A stretch of DNA of 63,313 bases, counting the filler, from Dirinaria sp. TL-2023a (lineage: Eukaryota): the NCBI GenBank assembly GCA_051941275.1. It is 37 parts of 37 records of this genome, joined end to end, with 100 filler letters (N's around TTAATTAATTAA, not from the genome) between each part and the next. Parts side by side here need not be neighbours in the genome. Positions count along the whole stretch, not along the records: positions 51,614 to 53,203 come from JAVEBF010002630.1; positions 53,304 to 54,892 come from JAVEBF010002631.1; positions 54,993 to 56,579 come from JAVEBF010002632.1; positions 56,680 to 58,265 come from JAVEBF010002633.1; positions 58,366 to 59,948 come from JAVEBF010002634.1; positions 60,049 to 61,631 come from JAVEBF010002635.1; positions 61,732 to 63,313 come from JAVEBF010002636.1; 30 more parts are not named here. The stretch is one strand, 5' to 3'. Shown in pieces: positions 51,801 to 63,313 of the stretch. The translations under genes and the position numbers were made by a program. A model generated the notes under the pieces. The model made no database searches and was not told the DNA's origin. It saw nothing but the letters and a program-made list of their open reading frames with translations. Numbering within the stretch: position 1 is the first letter of the stretch; each line of letters starts with the position of its first letter.

Positions 51801-54160
51801 TGTATTCAAAAAAGCCTCAGTACTCCTCGCAATTCCAACTGCAGTGTCATAATGAATCTCAATCTCCAGCAAAAAGCTTGAATTCGCTTCTTATTGAGTG
51901 AGAAAAGATGTTTCTCTGCAGATACGGCCTAGACTGCCTGATGCTGAGTCGTATCATTTTCGAACTTGAGTTCGGCTGCTCAAGCCCTTCTATGGGAAGG
52001 TGAGCTAAAAGCTCAAACCTCCTTATCCAAGCCTCCTGCTTAATAGAACTGAAACTAATTCATCCATGTAGTTTCCCCCCCTCTCCTTCTCAACCCCTGT
52101 ATCCAACAAAGATCCATCTTTCCTTCTTTGATCTCCCTCCTACTCCATAACGTACCCTCCCAGCCCCCCTCTAAGAACCTATCAAGACCTTTCACACATC
52201 CTCTCCACTCTTAAAATGCAATCATATTCCTCGTTCTGCAGAAGGCGAGCGGAAAGATAGATCTATCTGTCTATCCTCTGCAAAGGCTTAATCCACCGCA
52301 CCCATCGTATCATGTTTCAATTTCAGCTCAGGCAAGGAAAAAAAGTACGGAAAGCATCGCTCAGACCCGAGCTAGTTACCTCCAGACTTTTTAATCTTTG
52401 ACAGAATATTGTCAACTCCATGATTAAATATACAAGAGTGTAAGGAAGGACTTGAAGAAAACATCTTTCCCCTCCGTTCCCCCTTTTTTCATCCCGGGAG
52501 GTTGAGCATCATAATCATGCCCAGAAGAAAATTCCTCCATATCCACTTAAACATATGTAAATATCTTATGTCTTCATAAACAAAGTCATCATCATCATCA
52601 TCAAACCCCCCCCCCAGTTCTCACAATCAAAGATCCAGTCAATCCACTGAGAATCATGAAAAAATGTTCATCTCCTATCTTTCATTTTTGATTTCAAGGA
52701 TATGATTCCCAATCTCAATGTTTATCAGAGATAAAATCGATCTTTTCGCCGCAAAGTAAAGATTCAAAAAGGATATATGTCTTGAAATATCAAGAATTCC
52801 TATCCGTGCTGCTTGTCAACACGCTGGAGCGAGAAGGTTTCTGATCTTTGTCTCGTCCATGAGAGAGAAAAAAAAAAATTTCGGAATCCCCGATTTCACT
52901 TCCACTCTCCCTTCTCTCTTTCTAAATAAACTCAAATCATCTTCTTCTCCCCTCATCAAACAGTCTTCCTTAAACCCACTTTCTTCTCTTCACATCGTGT
53001 CGTTCGATCCATCTGTCTCGCGCAGTATATTTCAACCTCAAGCATATCAGCCTCTCAATCGTCATCTACACTTAAAAATCAAGGATCTAGATCTCAGCTC
53101 AAAATTTCTCAGATCTAAGCCCCATTTTCATTTTCATTTCTTTTATTATGAGAATGAGAAAGATGTGAGAACAGAGACGTTCCGTGAATCATCGTTGAGT
53201 ATCNNNNNNNNNNNNNNNNNNNNNNNNNNNNNNNNNNNNNNNNNNNNTTAATTAATTAANNNNNNNNNNNNNNNNNNNNNNNNNNNNNNNNNNNNNNNNN
53301 NNNCCCAAAAAGCATACCCCCCGCACGATGGACTCCTTCGCCAAAAGTTATCTTTCTTCCTTGGCACCATCAGCATTAACACACCATCCTGCTTCTCTTC
53401 AAATAGATATACACTCTCACGTCAGTAAATGATCGACAGCCACCAAATCTCTTTAATCATTCTCAAGATATCAACCCCATATATCCCTCCTTACTACATC
53501 TCCGAGATCATCATTCATCAACTTAAATCCTCTCCAAGAAAAAAAAAGAAAATAGACCAATCACAGTATAGCCGAAGAAAAACACCACATCCACTTCAAC
53601 CCCTGGGATCCCCACAAAAAAAAAAAAAAGAACGTGAAAGCAAATGAAAATCTAACCCCTACAGAGAAGAAAAAACTGTTTTATCGGATATATATTCCTC
53701 TGGGCTAATGATCAATTAATTGAATGTGATGAAAGAATGAAATAAAAAAATTAGTCAGTCCTCCCTTGATGCTGGATATGGAAGCTGAGGTCTTGTTTTA
53801 CCTCATGCTGTGTGTTATTGGGATTATGTATGAGTACGTTGGCTAAGGTAGCTATGAAGTCTGGTTGAAAGACCAGAATTCAATTTGATTTGCTTTGCTC
53901 CTAATAGCAAGCTGAGAAAAAAAAAACGAAGAGAGATTATAACGAAGCAGAACACATCTATCTCTATTCATAATGGATAATAAACCCCCCCCAAATTTTT
54001 TGCTCACTTTCTCTCTCTCCATATCTATATATATCTCAAATCTCGTTTCCCTTTTCTAAATTCTTGATAGAGACCGAAAAACAAGAGCAGCATCAAAAAT
54101 CCGTCTTCATCTTCGCCGTTTATCTTAAAGCACTAATATACAACCCGAAATCCAATCTTC

Positions 54161-54200
54161 TTTTCTTTTCTTTTCTTTTCTTTTCTTTTCTTTTCTTTTC
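54161..54200. repeat. (TTTTC)8 microsatellite
   Basis: Direct reading. Confidence 0.95.
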
Positions 54201-55102
54201 CTTTTTGTTCCTTCGTTTTGCTCTTAGTTATAGCATGGATCCAATTCAATATTCATAGAGATAGACCAACTTTGAAAGGGGAAAAAAAAAAAAAAAAAAG
54301 AAGTAGGACCATCCATCTAACACTAACCTCAAAACCCCATTTTAAAAAAAAAAACCCCTCAAATCGACCCAGTGTCCCCATTCCACACACACCTGAAAAG
54401 CCTCTCTAATCCATCTCTCCACGTAGCCAAGTTATCCATACTTTACTTTAACCTTCCCTCAAAAGAGATCCCCCTTTCCTCACATACCTCACATCCTTCC
54501 CATCATCCTCACACCTCTAACATACCTTCTCACATCACACAACTACCTAACTTCCCCTACCTTACCTTACCGCAATATCCGAACTTCCCATCTTTTTCAG
54601 ACTATATTACAGTGTGTATACAGTACTCGTAGGAGTACCATGAGTTGTGTGGCGATGTTTCTTTCGTTAGGGCGTGGGTTAGGAAGTCGGTATTATTTAA
54701 ATAAATAGTAAGGAAATTTTTATGTATGGATCTCTTGAAAAGGTTTTTAACGACGGGAAGCGTGTTTGTGCTTGTTCTTTTTTAGTATAGCATAGCGTAG
54801 CACCTTTTCTTTTTTGTTTTTGTGAAAAGATGAGATTGCATTTCCCCCCCCTCCAACAGTGCAGTTAGTCAGTCAGTCAGTCAGTGTCTAGANNNNNNNN
54901 NNNNNNNNNNNNNNNNNNNNNNNNNNNNNNNNNNNNTTAATTAATTAANNNNNNNNNNNNNNNNNNNNNNNNNNNNNNNNNNNNNNNNNNNNGGTTTTAG
55001 TATTTAGTATTTGTGGACTGCTGGAAATTCGTGATTAGTCCTGAATTTTTACTCAAGTCCCGTGCTGTGCTGATGCTAACAGGCAGGAAGGCCCAACGTA
55101 CC

Positions 55103-55271
55103 TTTGGAAGTGTTCGTTTTGGAAAGACGAAGATAGTGGTGGTGATGGTAGGCTGGTGCTCAAGGGAAGAAGAAACCGCTAGGGTTTTGGAAGTGTTGGC
55201 TTTTGGAAGGTGGAAGATGGTGGTGATTTTGGTAGTAGGTTGGTGCTTAAGGAAAAAAGAAATAGCTAGGG
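55103..55271. repeat. Diverged tandem duplication of a ~83-bp unit
   Basis: TTTGGAAGTGTT...GGTGCT.AAGG.A.AAGAAA..GCTAGGG at 55103 and again at 55186. Confidence 0.75.
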
Positions 55272-56685
55272 AAAGTGGAGTGATTTATAGAAAAAATATC
55301 AAGACTAAGAACGTGAGCCATGTCAAGTGAAACAGTCTTATCAGTATGAAACAGTGACTCGTTCACACCAAGAGTCAAGCCGATGTCCCAGAACAATGGC
55401 AATTCATGACAATTGCAAACCGTGAATTCGTGATTCCAAGGTGTCACAGTCTGCTATTCGATGTTCATCAGGCCCCTGTGATTAATTCCGATATGCAGAA
55501 GGGCGAGCGAAATGCCAATGACAGACATCTAGCCTCTTCTATGCACTTTCCAGGCCAACAATTAGATATTGTGGGTTACCGAGCAAAATGATCACAGAAA
55601 ATGCAACAAGCTAAAGGCTTGTTGCCGCCGGCGAAGGGATCAAGATGAGTTGTGATACCTACTGGATTTGGCTCCTTGAGAATCGTTTTGGTAATAAATG
55701 CGATGACTAAAATGGAGATAGGGAGCCTTCGCAACGGATGCGCTCGTCAGACCCGGACAGCTGACGGAGCTTGGCTCGACTTCAAAGTTGATCTATGGCC
55801 AGTAAATGGTGGCATGAAAGTCGCCGTATTCGAAGATTTACCTGGAGAACAATTAATGTCTCGGCTATCTGTAGCATGTGTACTCCATGAACCTGCGAAA
55901 GAATTGTATTGGAAGCTAATGTTCCATGAGCTTACACTGATCCAATCCAAAGTGGCCTTTCATTTTTTATAACGGTTGTGCGGATCAATCATCGAGTACG
56001 CCTCAAGTTGTACAGTTTCCATCGACTGCGACCATTAGGAGATTACCTTACCTTAGAGCTTGCAAGCGGCCGGAGGTACTGAGCAGGGTCTCAACTTTAG
56101 GTTCCGTTTGTCCTCGTTCGGGGCACTACTAGTGCCTAAGGTAGAATAGCTTGCTTACGGTACGATGCGATGCCTTTGGAGTTTGGTGTCACCTTTGCAG
56201 CCTTTGCTGCAACTTAAGGTAGGTATCCTTATGGGAAACTCGGGTCTGCTAAATTATTTTCGCAGCTTGCGAAATACTAGTTAATACTAGTGACCAACGG
56301 CTTTCATGAACTCCTTTAATTGGTCTCGCTTTGCTGCCACCATGCGGGACGAGTGGCAAGAGATCCTGGGTGACGAATACGCGTGCAGAGATCTGCACGA
56401 TTAGTGCAGAATGCAATCAAGATTTCGAGATGGCAATAATAATAATAATGAAGCGAGCGAAGCTGGTTTCCATTAGTGCGCCTGGACACGTAGCGGCCAA
56501 AGCCGGTTTTAGGGACGTTTGCAATGCTCCCTTTAAAAAGCAGAGTCTGCCCAGGGGATGATTGACTGGTTCAGTCTCCNNNNNNNNNNNNNNNNNNNNN
56601 NNNNNNNNNNNNNNNNNNNNNNNTTAATTAATTAANNNNNNNNNNNNNNNNNNNNNNNNNNNNNNNNNNNNNNNNNNNNTATCAA

Positions 56686-56784
56686 TGTCGCAGCCTTGAC
56701 AACAAAGACCGTTACTCAAAGACCAACTAAATCAAGCTAGCGACTTGATTGCCTATCTTGCTACTTATGTCCAGGGTCGTAACA
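56686..56784. mobile_element. LTR relic related to the TRIM LTRs at 21082/21410
   Basis: Shares AAAGAC.AACTAAATCAAG, CTATCTT..TACTTA and the terminus TCCAGGGTCGTAACA. Confidence 0.7.
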
Positions 56785-57339
56785 CATATCTCCATTCCAT
56801 TCTGAGCGAAACAGGAGACAGTCTCTTGATGCATTCTACGAGTCGATATAGCTGAAGAAATTCTCGGTTTCGGAGCTTTGTCAGCTTATTATCTAACGGT
56901 CCAAGCACAAGGATAGTTATCAACACTCTCAGTCAAAACCATCGAAATTGATAAGAGGCAGTGAGGACCTTCGGAATGTCACAGCCAGTAGCTGTCTCTT
57001 CATGACCTATCGGAAAAACTCCACAAGCCAAGGTTTCGAGGGTAACTTTTGGCCGATCAGGCTGCGGTTCCTCGGGTTCAGCTATTCTTAATCTTCTAGT
57101 AAGATGATTCGAAATATAGTTCCTTTTTGGAGCCCATGCTTTTTCGTAAAAGAGGTGTGTTTATCTCATTCAAGTTCGGCTTCTGTAGACTTGATTTCGA
57201 GAATCATGTAACATTTCCATGTACATCCAAAAAAGCTACTTAGCTTAGACCTCAAAAAGAAGCTTCCCTACAAGATTCAGAAGGATGCTCAGCGTTTATA
57301 CTCAGAAATCTTCGTGAGAAGCTGCTACTTCAAGCAGCT

Positions 57340-57999
57340 ATGAAAGCACTTTCAATTCACGACTTTCAGTTCGCTGCTGATTCCTCGTCAGACATTCTCT
57401 TTAGTTCAGACATATTTGAAGGTGATGTAACAAGAAATAATGGACGAATTGAAAGCGAAACACGAAGTCTGTTGTCCTCTGTGTCAAGAAATCAAAGACG
57501 AGAAATGTTCGACAAGCACGAGACTACGTCTTCGAGTGCGAAGATAAGCACGAAGCATCAGCATGTCTCACTTCAAAATTCTCAAACGAAGAGGCGATTG
57601 TCGTCGATACATCCGTTATTCCGTCGGCGGCCAATTTCAGGCAGAGCTGATGACGTTGCTGCTCTGAACGATCGAATAACGAGAAACGGCGAAACGACAT
57701 CTACTTACGAGCAACTATCTCATCGACTTCAAATATCAAAACGTCATCATTCTCGTTCTTCAAAGGAGCGTATTGAAGAGCTCACACGAACGAATGACTA
57801 TCTGCTGCAAGAGCTAGCTTATCACAAAGAAACTCAAGCAGCCGACTTGAAGTTTTATAAAACAGTTACGGGTTTTTATGCGAAACTGAAGAATGCGCTA
57901 AGGGAAAGATCCCGAAGACGAGCAGAGGCAGAGTCTGCTTTATTAAGATATTGGGGCATTAATTTTGATGATGGGAATGTCGAGGACATAGTGTTTTAA
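57340..57999 (+). CDS. Hypothetical protein (219 aa) with C-terminal coiled coil
   Basis: Intact single-exon ORF; heptad pattern ERIEELTRTNDYLLQELAYHKE. Confidence 0.5.
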   Translation: MKALSIHDFQFAADSSSDILFSSDIFEGDVTRNNGRIESETRSLLSSVSRNQRREMFDKHETTSSSAKISTKHQHVSLQNSQTKRRLSSIHPLFRRRPISGRADDVAALNDRITRNGETTSTYEQLSHRLQISKRHHSRSSKERIEELTRTNDYLLQELAYHKETQAADLKFYKTVTGFYAKLKNALRERSRRRAEAESALLRYWGINFDDGNVEDIVF

Positions 58000-58686
58000 A
58001 AGGGAGCCGCTAAAGTCACTCTTCTCTCTGCGGACGTTACACCACTCCTCTGAAACGACACAACGCCTGCCTAGGAATTTAATGTTTCTCCGCGGATATT
58101 TCAGATAGTCTCGAAGCCGTTTTCGAAAGCATATTTGAGCATGAGAAAGCTTTACCCAAATGCATGTGTTGTTGTCGATTTGCGATTGTGGAATGCATAA
58201 TATTAGGATTGAGGCTAATTGCAAAATCTTGACGTTCGTAGCAATATGACTGACTGATGAAGATANNNNNNNNNNNNNNNNNNNNNNNNNNNNNNNNNNN
58301 NNNNNNNNNTTAATTAATTAANNNNNNNNNNNNNNNNNNNNNNNNNNNNNNNNNNNNNNNNNNNNATCTTAGTTGGTCTGTGAAGTTTACATTATCTCAA
58401 TATTCATAGATATTCGCTTTAGCATCTCATCTGTCGCTTCTATTACTCAAGATCCGCACGACATTGAAGTCCTCATTCGCTGCGAATCTTTAGACTTTCA
58501 AAGTTCATACTTCTTCAGCGACTGATCATTCGAAGCGGTTAAACATATGCAGAGATGAAACTATACTAGCGAACAGTTATAAAATTCCTTATCGCGGTTC
58601 CGAATGAAGCCGTCATGCATTTGTTCTTCTGTCTCATCTCAACAGCTGACGAAGCTAAGTCAAGTACGAGCTGAATTTTTGATTCA

Positions 58687-59948
58687 TTATCTCTTGCTAT
58701 CTTCGTCTCTTTTTTTCTTGCTCGATCTTATCTCTTCGATGAACGAAGTAACAGACGTCGATGAGATCGTACTAGAGGAACGTGTCTGCTTTCAATGTTG
58801 CGAAAAGAAGAATAGTGCTTTAAGAGCGATGTTAATTGTCGTTCTTCGAGCCTCAAGCTCGTGACTGATAATGTTCTTGACGATGTTGTTGCATGCTCGA
58901 ATATCTTTAGGAGTCACAGATGAGTAAGACTCTAGAAACGACATGTAGTAGTGACGATCGACTTCGAAATATCAATGAAGATAGAATATGATCTCTTTAT
59001 GAGACATGATAATCGTGAAGACGATTGTATTCGTTAGTGATGAACTATCATAGATATCAGCTTCTCGAAGAAGTCATAACATAGCATTCACAGAATGAGA
59101 ATCGCTGTCTGCAGTCTGATTCTCGGCCACGTAGATTGTCTTTTCAACAGCTTCGAACTTCATCTCAATCATGAGGAAGAGAAACGTGTTATCTCTTGTC
59201 GATTGAGCATAGAGTCGCATTACTGAATGAGTGATGACGTTGAATTGAGCGTACGATCAGTCTGATTTTTGATTGATGACATATTCAAAATGAGTGTCAG
59301 ATTTGAGTGTAGAGATATCGTAGTGATATTCTGAGTTGTTTGATAATGCGACGATACTTCATGAGCTGTTCTCTTCTTCCGCAATGTCAGAACGTTCGAA
59401 AAAGAACATGTCTGTTCTGATGAGCTTCGCTGTTGGGCCTTCAGTGCTATCGACGAGCTTCTTCATCGTGTTTATCACTTTAGACACAGTTTCATTCTTC
59501 AACTGAGAAGACTCTCGTTGCTTGAGTATTTGTGTATTTGCAAACGTTCTCAGCTCTTCTGACATCTGCCTCCTCGAGTAGTTCAAAGTGATGTAATTAT
59601 TATAGAGCGTGCCTCGATACAAAGGGTGTGATGTATCAGACCTGTCACTCTGAGAGACGTCTGAGCTGAAGTTTACATTCTCTTCATATTGTGATATTTG
59701 TTGTGACATTTGCTTGATCGTTGCAAGTGACGGAGATGTGCGCTTGACTTTGTCGACGTCAACGGTAGCTGAACAAGTCAATGAGCGATCGCTCGAGAGA
59801 CTGATTGAGCTAAATTCTGAATTGAAGACTGCAGAGATTCAAGCGTCAACTAGCGAGTCAGTCGAAAGCTGTGAGCGACAATGTTTGCTTTTAGACGTGC
59901 AAGTAGATCACGATGAAGCACTGTCTGAGCGAGTAATTTGAAGATGCT
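58687..59948 (-). pseudogene. Hypermutated DUF7924-like (PD-(D/E)xK nuclease-fold) gene, 5'-truncated
   Basis: One continuous frame with KSDTHFEY, FLFLMIEMKFEAVEKTIYVAENQTADSDSHSVNA, i.e. KPDxxFGY / FPFLxIExK / GGTxYxAENQxAGSG after CC>TC and GG>GA; five in-frame TGA between 59361 and the TAA at 58687. Confidence 0.7.
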
Positions 59949-60944
59949 NNNNNNNNNNNNNNNNNNNNNNNNNNNNNNNNNNNNNNNNNNNNTTAATTAA
60001 TTAANNNNNNNNNNNNNNNNNNNNNNNNNNNNNNNNNNNNNNNNNNNNTCCCCGATATTTACTAGATGATAGCAGACCACTGGGTCAATATCGTGAACAG
60101 ATGACCTGATACAGACGTGGTGACCATGTTGGCTATTATCATTAGGAGAAGCTTGTCTGCATTAATGTACCCACTTCAAGATTCCCGCCCATGATACTCC
60201 GTACCCGGTTTTGAATCTAAGGTACGTTATGGCTCGAGGGGGCATGACGTAATGACCTGCGGGGCCAGCTTAGACGCGTCACGTGATCGGCATTCTGTCA
60301 ACTTGAAACAAGGAGTCCGTGGTTCAGCACTACTGTAAAGCCTTGGTGGCTGCTCTCATACCCAGCTCCTTCGCTGCTGTTGAGATTCTGCCTCGTATGT
60401 GAAACCTCTGGCACGGCGACAATGCTGGTATGGCATTGTCGTATGGGACCATCTCTCGTGTTTTCAGGCATCGAACCACAAGGGAGGCTTACTCGAATTC
60501 GAAGCAGTGACTATGGATCGAAAAGCATGTAACAGGCCCCCAAATGCTGCAGCAGGCGCAGCCGCAATTGCCTACAAACCTCCAAGGTCTAAAGCTAGAC
60601 TAATGTTTCATAAATCGGAGACCATTCTGTTCTCTGAACACTAAGGTACCCATCGGACAAATTGTGCCCGTCCTGCCGCTCCATGCTTCAGATCCGATCT
60701 TCAAGCACAAGGCAGTTTCGTGGCCTCCGAAGCTACCTGTGACTCCGATCTGCGTTGTCACTTCTCCCTTTTCGTCAAGCCTCCGTTTCTAGGCTCCACA
60801 CTCCTCAGACTTCGTTGTCATGTTTATGGCTCAGCGGGGAAACACGAAACGTTCGGTGTAGTCTTTGCCTCAACTCTGATTGCAGTACCATCACCAGTCT
60901 GATTTTCTCCTCTGTCAGCATCAGGGGGCCATTTCTCATTTTCA

Positions 60945-60952
60945 TATATAAG
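60945..60952 (+). promoter_or_regulatory. TATA box candidate for the GH26-like gene
   Basis: TATATAAG 138 bp upstream of the ATG, followed by a CT-rich tract. Confidence 0.45.
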
Positions 60953-61082
60953 GCTACGCCTGTTGTAAAGGCAGGATCTCTGTCCTCGCCATTCTCCTTT
61001 CTTTTCCCATCCTCTATAACATTAAATTTACTGAGCTCATATCCTGTGGGACGGCTTCAGCGTTTCCATTTGACTGAACAAG

Positions 61083-61631
61083 ATGAAGCTCACAGCTCTC
61101 TCTGTGTTCGCTCTAGTTGCGTCTCCTATCTCAGCGTTTCCAAAATGGCCCGTACAAAGAAAAGAGCTCATACCTTACTATCCCTCAGGGTACCCATTCA
61201 ACAGACCAACCGGTCACAGATCACAGCACCATAGCCCTCGCTCCACAGGGCCTGTCTCACCCACTGGCCAAGAAAGCTCAATTGCAAACCCTCCGTATCC
61301 CTTGCCCACGAGTTATCGTGGAGGGTTCCGTACAGGTACCGGTAGAGTCTCTGGCCCTACAACAACTTTCAGCCGGTTACCGGTAGGTAGTAGTGTAGGC
61401 GCAGGCTCTGCGCCAATTCCAATCGGTACAGCCTCGGGCGCTGTTTCATCGCCTAGAGCCACAGGCGTTCCCACAGGGTGTCTGAAGAAAAACAGCATTG
61501 CCGTTGGCTGGCTTCCTGAAGCTGCGAGCGACTTTGCAACGATCACATCTAACCTTGGGAAACCTGGATGCTACTTCGGTCAGTATGCGCAGATCACTAG
61601 CAGCACTTGGGATGGCTCGCAGCTCACCCAG
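61083..61631 (+). CDS. Secreted glycoside hydrolase, probably fungal GH26-like, 3'-truncated
   Basis: Signal peptide MKLTALSVFALVASPISA, long P/T/G/S linker, then IAVGWLPE..LGKPGCYFGQYAQITSSTWDGSQL. Confidence 0.65.
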
Positions 61632-61731
61632 NNNNNNNNNNNNNNNNNNNNNNNNNNNNNNNNNNNNNNNNNNNNTTAATTAATTAANNNNNNNNNNNNN
61701 NNNNNNNNNNNNNNNNNNNNNNNNNNNNNNN

Positions 61732-62410
61732 TCGTGTATCAGTACGTCTGCGCGTTTCTGACGCAGAGTGATCGTTTTGAACACATCTTTGACTCAATAA
61801 TCGCTCGATTTAAGCGTTTTTCTGACAGTTTTCGAGTCGACGCGAAAAATTATCATGTTTTTGAATCTTCGAATTCTCAATATATTTTTGCGCGTCGACA
61901 GCGTGTTGATGCTGTTGAGTTTTTGTGTCAGTGCGATTATCTCTGTCACATTCATTTTTTATACTTTTTTCGCTTTCGCGTCTTCTTTGATTCAGATCAC
62001 AATCTTCAGTTCTCTGCTCAGCTGACGTTTCGACGATGTAGCAGTAACGTTGACGCGTGTTGTTCTCTATGCGCTCGCGATGCTCATGATCGTTATTTTC
62101 GCTCAATTGTTTTTTTTCTGCAAGTGTTTCTTCTTTTGTACAACTTTTTTACATCTGCTGATCATTTTCTCAAGTCGCGCAATCATCGCGTCGTTATTAT
62201 TTTGTATGATCGAGATAATTGCGATTTCGCTCTGACGCGTCTTTGCGCGAATTATGTCGAACAGATTGTGCAGTTCAGTCATCGACATCATTTCGCTGAC
62301 ATTGATTTTCTTAAACTCATAGAGTCTCACAATCTTATTTATCTCATTTAATATTTCGCTCGATTCTGATATTCTTCTCTGCGAAGACGTCTCGATAATA
62401 TCTCGTTCAT
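61732..62410 (-). mobile_element. Degenerate LINE (Tad1-like) ORF1/gag-like fragment
   Basis: Coiled region, then RELKIVI*IKED..EII..IIFRVDSKTVRKTLKSSDY*VKDVFKTITLRQKRADVLIH, similar to the W..F..A.LR...GVLVHG segment of fungal LINE ORF1; CC/GG depleted. Confidence 0.6.
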
Positions 62411-62904
62411 TTGTCGACGTCGCGTCGACCGCGTTTATCTCATCGCGACAATCAGAGTGAGACGCGAACCTTATCGCCAGTGATAATCCTCAGTAGCTCT
62501 TCGAATTCAAAGGTAGTTTTAATTGATAATATGATCGAGTTCCTCAATGTCCATAAAAGTTTCCTTCATTAGATATATTGAATCAATAATTTCTTGTTAT
62601 AATATAAAATAAAAGATAGAGTCAAAGACGATGATGTCGAATGAAATCGTCTCAAAATAACAATAATATAACATAAATAAACAAATTGTTAGAAGAATTA
62701 CGCGTTTGCAAAATACACAGTTTTATTATTAAAGTAGATGTAAAAAGACAAAGATAAGACGCTCTCATTGATTAAATAATATGACTCATGATCGTATAAC
62801 TAGTTTTAATAAAACGAACTTCGAGTGTCTAATAACGTAATCAATTAATTGTGATGTTTTAGAGTCGTTGTTAGGACCGGTGTAGAGCAAGTCAATGCGG
62901 ATAT

Positions 62905-63109
62905 TGTCATGAACCTAGATCTGGAGCACCTTAGGTCAGGTCACATGATCAGGTCACATGATCAGGCCCAGCGTCCCCTCGGACCGATATTGCTCCGGGT
63001 CCCTATTTGAGTCTTCCTGTAGATAGATTTTCTTTCCTTTTCTTCTTCATAGTTAGTGTCCTAGTCTACTAGCACTCATATGCCATTGAGCGCTGTGCAG
63101 ACTCTGACA
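62905..63109. mobile_element. Solo LTR (205 bp), internally deleted copy of family A
   Basis: Reverse complement of 1238-1511 at both ends; TGTCA...TGACA. Confidence 0.85.
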
Positions 63110-63313
63110 TTACACTAACTATCATTCTTATCTTTGCACTCGTCGGCGTTGCACGAGTAGATCAAGCAATCGCAATAAAAGACCTTATAATTATAGAAAT
63201 CAAAATGCCTAGACAGATATCAGACCTTCGAGCACAGCTCACTCAGACTCAGATCTTCTCGATCGTCAATGACCTCATTGACGATGCGATCTATCTGTCT
63301 CAGACGATGAAAG

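Noticed and set aside
46526..54892. Numerous 60-190 aa ORFs in the ORF track
   Set aside because: Dominated by poly-A/T-derived K/F runs with no family motifs; these contigs look intergenic or UTR-like.
58687..59948. Alternative genetic code (TGA=Trp) or a mitochondrial origin for frames with in-frame TGA
   Set aside because: The same frames also lose Gly and Pro codons by GG>GA and CC>TC, and host genes use TGG for Trp and TGA as stop. Mutation explains it.
1652..61731. Regularly spaced TTAATTAATTAA repeat suggesting an array or CRISPR-like system
   Set aside because: Always embedded in N44 padding between length-sorted contigs; it is a six-frame-stop assembly linker. ORFs ending in X..LIN are artefacts of it.
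1..63313. Apparent defence island (NLR, SesB, SesA-like, chitinase, nuclease, TEs together)
   Set aside because: Each gene is on a separate contig, so co-location is artificial. Enrichment probably reflects which regions assemble poorly.

Overview
This window is not one locus. It is 37 unrelated short contigs (about 1651 down to 1582 bp, sorted by decreasing length) joined by an artificial 100-nt spacer (N44-TTAATTAATTAA-N44, stops in all six frames), so nothing can be inferred from adjacency across a spacer. The DNA is from a filamentous ascomycete (Pezizomycotina-type GT..CTAAC..AG introns and gene families). It holds fragments of housekeeping genes (ESF1, ATP19, LCL2, HRT3-like F-box, Sus1/ENY2-like, APP1-like, DUF1769, MTFP1-like, DDX60-like), defence-type genes (NACHT-ankyrin NLR C-terminus with near-identical 99-nt repeats, SesB-like lipase, subgroup-C GH18 chitinase) and many transposon relics (three Ty3/Gypsy pol fragments, two Tad1-like LINE fragments, several solo LTRs, two MITE-like elements). 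The strongest unexplained signal is a repeat-targeted hypermutation that converts CpC to TpC (GG to GA on the other strand) while sparing CpG and leaving much CpA. By eye, bases 1-1237 contain no CC or GG at all, which differs from canonical CpA-directed RIP. The second highlight is a complete 458-bp TRIM-like mini LTR element with a 5-bp TSD and a candidate Tf1-type self-priming site. All family assignments are from motif recognition by eye; no database searches were run.
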